IMG/VR virus record: IMGVR_UViG_3300045988_008288
Location: 1 to 6,236 of that record
Source of the DNA: a virus
Length of the DNA: 6,236 nt
Reading direction: 5' to 3' (one strand)
Positions 1 to 4,705 of the stretch are shown one piece after another. Position 1 is the first letter of the stretch. Each line of letters opens with the position of its first letter. The position numbers and the translations under genes are program-made. The notes beneath the pieces were generated by a model that searched no databases, was not told the origin of the DNA, and saw only the letters and a program-made list of their open reading frames with translations.

Positions 1-55
1 AAATGTCCAAAACAGCAACATCACCAAATTGAGAGTTCGGGAGAACACCCATCAA
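1..55. repeat. Terminal direct repeat, copy 1 (circular-assembly overlap)
   Basis: Bases 1-55 (aaatgtccaaaacagcaacatcaccaaattgagagttcgggagaacacccatcaa) are identical base for base to 6182-6236. Confidence 0.97.
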
Positions 56-871
56 CATATCCTTGTTCCAATTACAATACTTGAGGTCAAACATTGTATC
101 AGATTTCCAGTAATCGGTATTATAATCCGGTAAAACAGGAATCAGAGAAGGAGAAACTCCGTTATAATAATCCACATTATAGGAAGAAGGGTTAGCTTTT
201 TCCCATTGGGACCAACGGAAAAAGTCTTGATAAATCTTCTGATAAGCCAAAAGAGGGAAAATATTTACATAACTATTTTGAATATACCGCTGGGTATAAC
301 CTCTTGGGTCATCATCATGTTTTAAAGAAGTAGACCACCAACGGTTATTCTTAGAAGGAGGAGTTTGGAGAAAATTGCCATAACCAAGATAAGACAACAA
401 TTTATAAGCCAAATCAGCACGAAAAAACCCAAACATATTCTTTAAAGAAGAAAGACCGCCAGGAGACCAACTATCAGAATTCAAACGACTCAAACAACCT
501 GACATAATAGACAAGGTGAAAGAAGGCAAATAATTACCCAAAGACAAATTCTGAGTCAAAGACAAAGCTTGAATCTGATTGATGTCCTGCATTCGAGTTA
601 ACACAGAAGGAGCAGATTTCCAAAGAAGGCGCAAGGGCACAGCATAGAAATCAAAATATTCACGCAACCGGGTATAAGCAGAAGTTTCAACGGGCTGAGT
701 ACGGGTAAAGTATTCAACGTTGAACTTATACTTATCACCAGGCATGGAAATATCCCAGTAAACCGGGAGAAGCTCACCAACTTTCGCAGTAAATGCATTT
801 TTACGTCCAATATCAAATCCAGAACGGTGAGGATGATTCTGAATATTGGACATTCCAGTGTAAGAAGCCAT
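1..871 (-). CDS. Major capsid protein (Microviridae VP1/F), N-terminal 290 codons. The ORF runs off the window start and continues across the circular junction into 6181..5202.
   Basis: Absent from the supplied ORF track because it has no stop inside the window. I read the minus-strand frame with codon tops at 871, 868, ... 4. ATG is at 871..869 and there is no in-frame stop (no TTA/CTA/TCA among plus-strand triplets starting at 2, 5, ... 869). Translation begins MASYTGMSNIQNHPHRSGFDIGRKNAFTAKVGELLPVYWDISMPGDKYKFNVEYFTRTQPVETSAYTRLREYFDFYAVPLRLLWK. This is the typical microvirus capsid N-terminus (RSxFD, GxLxP, PGD, FxAVPxRxxW). The frame is continuous with ORF 5202..6236 through the 55-nt overlap. 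Confidence 0.93.
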   Translation of the reverse strand, partial: MASYTGMSNIQNHPHRSGFDIGRKNAFTAKVGELLPVYWDISMPGDKYKFNVEYFTRTQPVETSAYTRLREYFDFYAVPLRLLWKSAPSVLTRMQDINQIQALSLTQNLSLGNYLPSFTLSIMSGCLSRLNSDSWSPGGLSSLKNMFGFFRADLAYKLLSYLGYGNFLQTPPSKNNRWWSTSLKHDDDPRGYTQRYIQNSYVNIFPLLAYQKIYQDFFRWSQWEKANPSSYNVDYYNGVSPSLIPVLPDYNTDYWKSDTMFDLKYCNWNKDMLMGVLPNSQFGDVAVLDI

Positions 872-888
872 AATTAAAAAATTGAAAA

Positions 889-2601
889 TTAAACAATTAC
901 AGGAACATCCTGGAAAGAGAAAATACCAGACAAATCATTAATCCTCTTGTGCTTAACCTTATCCCTACATTTCATCAATGAAGCGGCAGCCAAACGACGA
1001 ACAAGAGGTAATTCATGGTAAGGTTTTTCCTTATTATCAGGAAGCCTATTATAACGGAAGGAATAGTTACGAAGCTCAAAATCGACCAAATCCTTATCAT
1101 TGGAATCCTCCAAAGTCTGATAAAAATCTACAAGACGATTATATTCATAACGATTCCAAAAATTAACTATTTTCTCAGAGATTATTCGCAAAAACCTCTC
1201 TCGGCAAAAGAGGTCTCCTCCAGGAGTGCCGCTGGACCAGAAGAATTCTGAGCATCCATCTGTTGAATATGTTCGAATAAACTTCGAAATTCCGAGGAAA
1301 AAACGGTAGAGACGGGACGTACGATGAACAGGGTCCAAATCAACACCATCGTACAAACGACATTCAGAAAGAATGAGAACATCACTATACGGTAAATTAC
1401 CTTTAGGCGAAAAAACATTTCGTTCATCATTTCTTTTTCCATAACTATCTACATAATTTAAATACTGTTTACAAAAAGATAATATACTTTGCTTAGAAAG
1501 TACATTAAAAGGATCACATCCTATATCAGCACATCCGCTACGAATGACTCGTCCGGGCGCTGTGAACGCAGCAGATAATAACTGGTAAATACTCGATGGA
1601 GATTTACGAATAGCGTCCGAAAATCGGGGGAATAGTCGAAGGAGATACGGCCATGTAGGTTTAATTGTGCGAAAATATCCATCGCGCTCAACGCGGACTC
1701 CATTAAGGCACTTATCGGCAACTTCGTCAATTTCGGCAACTCGTACCTTTCGAGGAAAGAGATTTGACTCTGTAAATCCAATGGAATGGAAGGATTTAGG
1801 TCGCACCACTTTTGGCATCTGAGTATAAAAGTCGGGTAAAGCGACAAAACTGTTAACATACGACGCAACATACGGAGCTGCGAATCCTCTCGACAGTGAC
1901 GCATCACAACGTCCGTAAGACCAAGCCTTAGATACATTTTCAAGAACAGTTTGCGAGAATCGTTCGGAATTGGAAAACAATAACAAATGCCAATGCGGGC
2001 GGAAACTGGTAGGGCCGTATTCTGATACAGCGTAGTAACGTAATTTTTCATCCGGGTAATAACTTCTTAAACGTTTCAAAAACAAATCAAGATCACGATT
2101 ACAAACATAAGGAATCCTATTGGGAACATTATGGTTAATCTTTCCAAGAATAGACAAAAGCTCCTTAGGTTTCATACCATAAGTAAACCGAATTTCAGGG
2201 TCCTTAAAAGTACGTTCGACGGTAGAGTTTTTTAACCTAACAGAAGCGGAACGAGGAACGCTACGAAAACCAAACAAATAAGTGTTAGGGTCACCAGCGT
2301 CCAAGTCATTGATATCGGGAACGCAGGGTACATCCGCAATATCATCCGTACAAGCTTCAATAGTCGAAACCTCCAAAGTAGGAAGGAAACAAGGAGCATA
2401 AGTAAGAGTAACAAAATAAACATAACGGAATTGAGCAGAATAAGTAGTAAGCAGGTTTGTTTGAATCCCGGAACGACGAAGAATACAAGAAGGGCAAGAG
2501 CCACAGGAAACGACAACAGGCTCATGTGTATACTTGTTGACAACCGTACGAGGATGCTGACAACGAGTCACTAACTTATTCTGCAATTCCTTGGTAATCA
2601 T
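889..2601 (-). CDS. Replication initiation protein (HUH rolling-circle endonuclease; Microviridae VP4 / phiX174 A-like), 570 aa
   Basis: ATG at 2601..2599 and TAA at 891..889. Motif I is FVTLTY (aa 63-68). The HUH motif is HWHLLLF (aa 203-209, nt 1995..1975). The double-tyrosine motif YVASYVN (Y244 at 1872..1870, Y248 at 1860..1858) parallels the phiX174 A-protein YVAKYVNK active site. The N-terminal Cys cluster SCGSCPSC (aa 32-39) resembles what I recall in microvirus VP4 proteins. The start overlaps the upstream peptidase stop (ATGA). Confidence 0.93.
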   Translation of the reverse strand: MITKELQNKLVTRCQHPRTVVNKYTHEPVVVSCGSCPSCILRRSGIQTNLLTTYSAQFRYVYFVTLTYAPCFLPTLEVSTIEACTDDIADVPCVPDINDLDAGDPNTYLFGFRSVPRSASVRLKNSTVERTFKDPEIRFTYGMKPKELLSILGKINHNVPNRIPYVCNRDLDLFLKRLRSYYPDEKLRYYAVSEYGPTSFRPHWHLLLFSNSERFSQTVLENVSKAWSYGRCDASLSRGFAAPYVASYVNSFVALPDFYTQMPKVVRPKSFHSIGFTESNLFPRKVRVAEIDEVADKCLNGVRVERDGYFRTIKPTWPYLLRLFPRFSDAIRKSPSSIYQLLSAAFTAPGRVIRSGCADIGCDPFNVLSKQSILSFCKQYLNYVDSYGKRNDERNVFSPKGNLPYSDVLILSECRLYDGVDLDPVHRTSRLYRFFLGISKFIRTYSTDGCSEFFWSSGTPGGDLFCRERFLRIISEKIVNFWNRYEYNRLVDFYQTLEDSNDKDLVDFELRNYSFRYNRLPDNKEKPYHELPLVRRLAAASLMKCRDKVKHKRINDLSGIFSFQDVPVIV

Positions 2602-2906
2602 TTTCTATCAGTAAAATTAAGTTTCATTTGACGGGGCTTACGACCACGAGCAAAAGAAACGTGAATAAACGTACGATATATTATAAGTTGGTCAAACTCA
2701 AAGGGAGAATCTTCAACTATCGAGGAGAAAACACCAATCGGAAAATCAATAGGCGCCAAGTCAATGGCGTCTCCAGTCAGATGCTGAGAAGTGCTAGAAC
2801 CATTACACGCATTATTCTGCGCTACAGTACGAAGAGCAGAAGTAACAGAAAAATGGATGTTCCGACGGAGAAGCCATTCAATAAATTTCATTAATTCAGG
2901 ATTCAT
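2598..2906 (-). CDS. M15-type zinc peptidase (peptidoglycan D,D-/L,D-peptidase fold), probable endolysin, 102 aa
   Basis: ATG at 2906..2904 and TGA at 2600..2598. Residues 40-49, SQHLTGDAID, fit the SxHxxGxAxD signature exactly. With FIHVSF this gives the H-D-H zinc triad: H42 (2783..2781), D49 (2762..2760), H82 (2663..2661). This triad is characteristic of the M15 family (VanY / Peptidase_M15_3 / phage L-Ala-D-Glu peptidases). No signal peptide is evident. Confidence 0.85.
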   Translation of the reverse strand: MNPELMKFIEWLLRRNIHFSVTSALRTVAQNNACNGSSTSQHLTGDAIDLAPIDFPIGVFSSIVEDSPFEFDQLIIYRTFIHVSFARGRKPRQMKLNFTDRK

Positions 2907-2909
2907 GAC

Positions 2910-3002
2910 TTACGAAAAAATTTGGGCAATAGACGTAAGAAGACTGACAGCAGCTGCAATAATAGCAGACCAGATTTTAGATTTAGTTTCACTTTTCATC
3001 AT
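2910..3002 (-). CDS. Hypothetical 30-aa single-pass membrane peptide (holin-like candidate)
   Basis: Below the ORF-track size cut-off, so I translated it by hand. ATG-ATG at 3002..2997 and TAA at 2912..2910 give MMKSETKSKIWSAIIAAAVSLLTSIAQIFS. It has a charged N-terminus followed by one hydrophobic helix of about 20 aa. Its stop lies 3 nt before the peptidase ATG and its start overlaps the end of the 58-aa ORF by 14 nt (operon-like packing). There is no homology evidence. Confidence 0.35.
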   Translation of the reverse strand: MMKSETKSKIWSAIIAAAVSLLTSIAQIFS

Positions 3003-3165
3003 CAACACCATACTTAAAAGTTGAACAAATAGATACAATTAGCAAACAATCCGGAGTAAGAGCCGAAGAAATAAAATCAGCAATCTGATCAGCAGGAACA
3101 AAAACACACTCATTCTTACCGGGATTCTCCTTAGATTGAATCGAACACAAATAACAATTTTCCAT
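2989..3165 (-). CDS. Hypothetical 58-aa acidic, Cys-containing protein
   Basis: Hand translation with ATG at 3165..3163 and TGA at 2991..2989: MENCYLCSIQSKENPGKNECVFVPADQIADFISSALTPDCLLIVSICSTFKYGVDDEK. It has 9 D/E against 4 K and five Cys, including an N-terminal CxxC. It is the first ORF downstream of the candidate promoter and sits on the same strand as all real genes. I recognise no family. Confidence 0.35.
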   Translation of the reverse strand: MENCYLCSIQSKENPGKNECVFVPADQIADFISSALTPDCLLIVSICSTFKYGVDDEK

Positions 3166-3220
3166 ACACTTAACAAATTTTAATTATACATTAGTTATGC
3201 CTTGTTTTTCAAGGGCGGAG

Positions 3221-3253
3221 CAAAGATAAAAAAAAAGTCTTGAAAAGAGCAAA
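3221..3253 (-). promoter_or_regulatory. Candidate Bacteroides-type promoter (-33 TTTG / -7 TAnnTTTG)
   Basis: On the minus strand, TTTG lies at 3253..3250. A 21-nt spacer (3249..3229) follows, then TATCTTTG at 3228..3221. The second element matches TAnnTTTG exactly. The match sits in an AT-rich tract about 55 nt upstream of the ORF58 ATG. A run of nine T (3236..3228) occupies the end of the spacer and the first T of the -7 box. Confidence 0.35.
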
Positions 3254-3311
3254 TAAACACACATATTTTTTATACTTATTAATAAAAAGCTATATGGGTG
3301 GCAGGCTGGTC

Positions 3312-3387
3312 TGTGAGTTTGCGTATATAAGACAAGAGGAGACTGAAAGCGATGAGGTAAATCGCTTTCCTTCCAGGCAAACTCATG
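3312..3387. other. Compound nested hairpin (two perfect 9-bp stems)
   Basis: The outer stem pairs TGAGTTTGC (3314-3322) with GCAAACTCA (3377-3385). The inner stem pairs GAAAGCGAT (3345-3353) with ATCGCTTTC (3361-3369), closing a 7-nt loop GAGGTAA. A possible extra helix pairs GGAG (3338-3341) with CTTCC (3370-3374). In plus-sense RNA, G-U pairs 3313-3386 and 3312-3387 would extend the outer stem. Confidence 0.6.
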
Positions 3388-3454
3388 TAGGCTTCGCCAA
3401 TTTATATTTTAGGTGTTTAGCAGCGACGGAAGAAAAAAAGATTAGAGGAAGACT

Positions 3455-3478
3455 GCTTACGCGTTGCAAGCGTCAAGC
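3455..3478. other. Hairpin with a single-nucleotide bulge
   Basis: GCTT-ACGC (3455-3462) pairs with GCGT-(C bulge at 3474)-AAGC (3470-3478) around the loop GTTGCAA. That gives 8 bp in total. The element contains the palindrome ACGCGT. Confidence 0.4.
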
Positions 3479-3498
3479 TTGTAGGAAGGCATTACTAT

Positions 3499-3568
3499 AG
3501 CCTACGGCTCTGATTTCAGTCCTAACGTCCCGAAATTCAGTAGGTGTATAACCACGCTACGCGCGGTT
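3499..3568. other. Three adjacent hairpins, two with identical C-TAC-G apices
   Basis: (a) 3499-3509: AGCC / TAC / GGCT. (b) 3510-3540: CTGATTTC pairs with GAAA(T)TCAG, 8 bp with a T3536 bulge and a 14-nt loop. (c) 3550-3568: AACCaCGC / TAC / GCGcGGTT, 7 bp with one mismatch. Confidence 0.45.
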
Positions 3569-3587
3569 GCCAGAAGTTACTCCAAGC

Positions 3588-3621
3588 AATAAAACCCGAC
3601 GCGTATCACTACGAGCCGGGC
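3588..3621 (-). terminator. Intrinsic (rho-independent) terminator after the VP2 gene
   Basis: The minus-strand RNA reads 5'-GCCCGGC-U-CGUA-GUGA-UACG-C-GUCGGGU-3' (3621..3594). This makes 11 pairs, two of them G-U (3621/3594 and 3616/3599), with one U-C mismatch and a GNRA-type GUGA tetraloop. With U3594 the downstream run reads UUUUAUU (3594..3588). The stem starts 22 nt after the VP2 TAG-TAA double stop. The G-U pairs exist only in the minus sense, which supports the strand assignment. Confidence 0.6.
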
Positions 3622-3643
3622 AAAACATGACAAACAAAAGTTA

Positions 3644-4705
3644 CTACCAAGGCAAGAAGTTACCTATAGTGTTACCGATAGAAGTACCATAAGATACAGC
3701 CTTATCAGCATCATAATACTTATATTTCTTACCTTCATTACGAGAGCGATACCAATCCTCAATACTACGAGAACGAGCACGCTCACGATTGAATTTAGCC
3801 GCTTCGAGCTCAAATTCAGCATTAGAATGATTTGAAGCATTGGAAGCTCGAATCAAAGAATCGGCAGTGGATTCAGCAACCTTATTGCTGATTTTCTGAC
3901 CTTTGGCACGGGCATAAGTCAACACCTCATCAGCAAGAACTTTCTTGGCCTGATTATAATTCAAATGTCCATGAGACATCTGATTATAATACTCAGAGGC
4001 CTTAACATTCAAATCAGCCTGCTGCTGCTGGTCAAGATATTTGTTAAGAACAGTCTTAGCTTCAGCATCAAGCAACTGGGAAGTACCTTGAGCCTGCAAA
4101 AGACGACCTGCAAAAGCCATATTATCAAATTCCTGCATTTCCTTGGAATAACCAAGCTGAGCACGAGCCAAACCAGTAGCTTTCAGATACTCACGGGTTT
4201 CTTTCGTCATCTTGGACCAATCAACATTAGAAAGAGACTGCATGGCCTGGGCATCCGCAAGGTTTTTCTGTCCTTGTAACTGAGAGACCTGGGCTTGCTG
4301 AACCTGAGACTGGAATACAGAACCTATAGCCTGCTGGACACCGGAATAATCAGCCTGGAAAGGCTGCATAACAGCAGAACCGGCAGAAGAGGCAGAAGCA
4401 CCAGAACCAACAGACTGTGCAGTTCCAGCAGAACCACCGTTCATCATAAGATAAGGATTTAAACCAGCTTCTTCGAGGCGTTGACGTTGCGCGGAGGCAG
4501 TATTATACTCGTTCTCCTTATTCCACATATTTTCCTGGAAATCGCGCTGCTGCATAGCCATACGCTCGTTAAACTGGTTATTCATTTGATTTATCTTATA
4601 GTTCATCTGGTTGGTTTCCCTGACATTTTGTCTATTCTGTGAATTTTGAATTGCAGAAGAGCCAATGCCAAGGAGACCACCAGAGATTGAACCGAGAAGA
4701 CCCAT
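3644..4705 (-). CDS. DNA pilot / minor capsid protein (Microviridae VP2 / phiX H-like), 353 aa
   Basis: ATG at 4705..4703 and TAG at 3646..3644, followed in frame by TAA. The N-terminus is a Gly-rich hydrophobic segment, MGLLGSISGGLLGIGSSAI. The body is long and Q/N/A-rich, coiled-coil-like. The segment RQRLEEAGLNPYLMM contains AGLNP, which I recognise as a recurrent signature of microvirus VP2 proteins. The start overlaps the upstream ORF stop (TAATG). Confidence 0.85.
   Translation of the reverse strand: MGLLGSISGGLLGIGSSAIQNSQNRQNVRETNQMNYKINQMNNQFNERMAMQQRDFQENMWNKENEYNTASAQRQRLEEAGLNPYLMMNGGSAGTAQSVGSGASASSAGSAVMQPFQADYSGVQQAIGSVFQSQVQQAQVSQLQGQKNLADAQAMQSLSNVDWSKMTKETREYLKATGLARAQLGYSKEMQEFDNMAFAGRLLQAQGTSQLLDAEAKTVLNKYLDQQQQADLNVKASEYYNQMSHGHLNYNQAKKVLADEVLTYARAKGQKISNKVAESTADSLIRASNASNHSNAEFELEAAKFNRERARSRSIEDWYRSRNEGKKYKYYDADKAVSYGTSIGNTIGNFLPW

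Noticed and set aside
1-55. Terminal direct repeat as a biological DTR or LTR
   Set aside because: The repeat lies inside the capsid ORF and restores its frame on circularisation. It is exactly 55 nt, a typical assembler k-mer overlap, so I read it as an artefact of linearising a circle.
978-1251. Plus-strand ORFs antisense to Rep, the peptidase and VP2 (978-1166, 1015-1251, 2628-2894, 2791-3024, 3965-4279)
   Set aside because: They are short, antisense to genes with strong motif support, and have low-complexity products.
3271-3290. 10-bp perfect palindrome TTATTAATAA (3276-3285), sharing ATTAATAA with the AT-rich spacer of the phiX174 origin (CAACTTGATATTAATAACACTATAGACCAC)
   Set aside because: Only the AT-rich octamer matches. 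The flanking recognition and nick sequences do not match. An 8-mer match in an AT-rich tract is compatible with chance. It is still worth testing as a possible unwinding element.
3279-3386. 35-aa minus-strand ORF (MSLPGRKAIYLIAFSLLLSYIRKLTDQPATHIAFY) inside the compound hairpin
   Set aside because: It is very short. It lies downstream of the terminator and upstream of the promoter candidate. It overlaps the nested stems almost exactly, and a T-rich strand yields hydrophobic peptides by default.
3240-3500. 86-aa plus-strand ORF (68 aa from the ATG at 3294) with a basic C-terminus, covering the structured block
   Set aside because: It lies on the wrong strand and the track start is TTG. I found no TAnnTTTG upstream on that strand. 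Its body coincides with two nested perfect 9-bp stems, which are better explained as nucleic-acid structure. It cannot be fully excluded without comparative data.
3510-3540. Hammerhead-like CUGA ... GAAA arrangement
   Set aside because: The core reads CUGAUUU, not CUGAnGA (G8 and A9 are missing). A second CUGAAAG at 3343-3349 also fails the core pattern.
3290-3625. tRNA, CRISPR repeat or known ribozyme in the structured block
   Set aside because: I found no cloverleaf with a T-arm (GTTCRAnnC-like) or D-arm. There are no regularly spaced direct repeats of 20 nt or more. I can identify no recognisable twister or HDV-type core by eye. Covariance-model scans are needed for a definitive answer.
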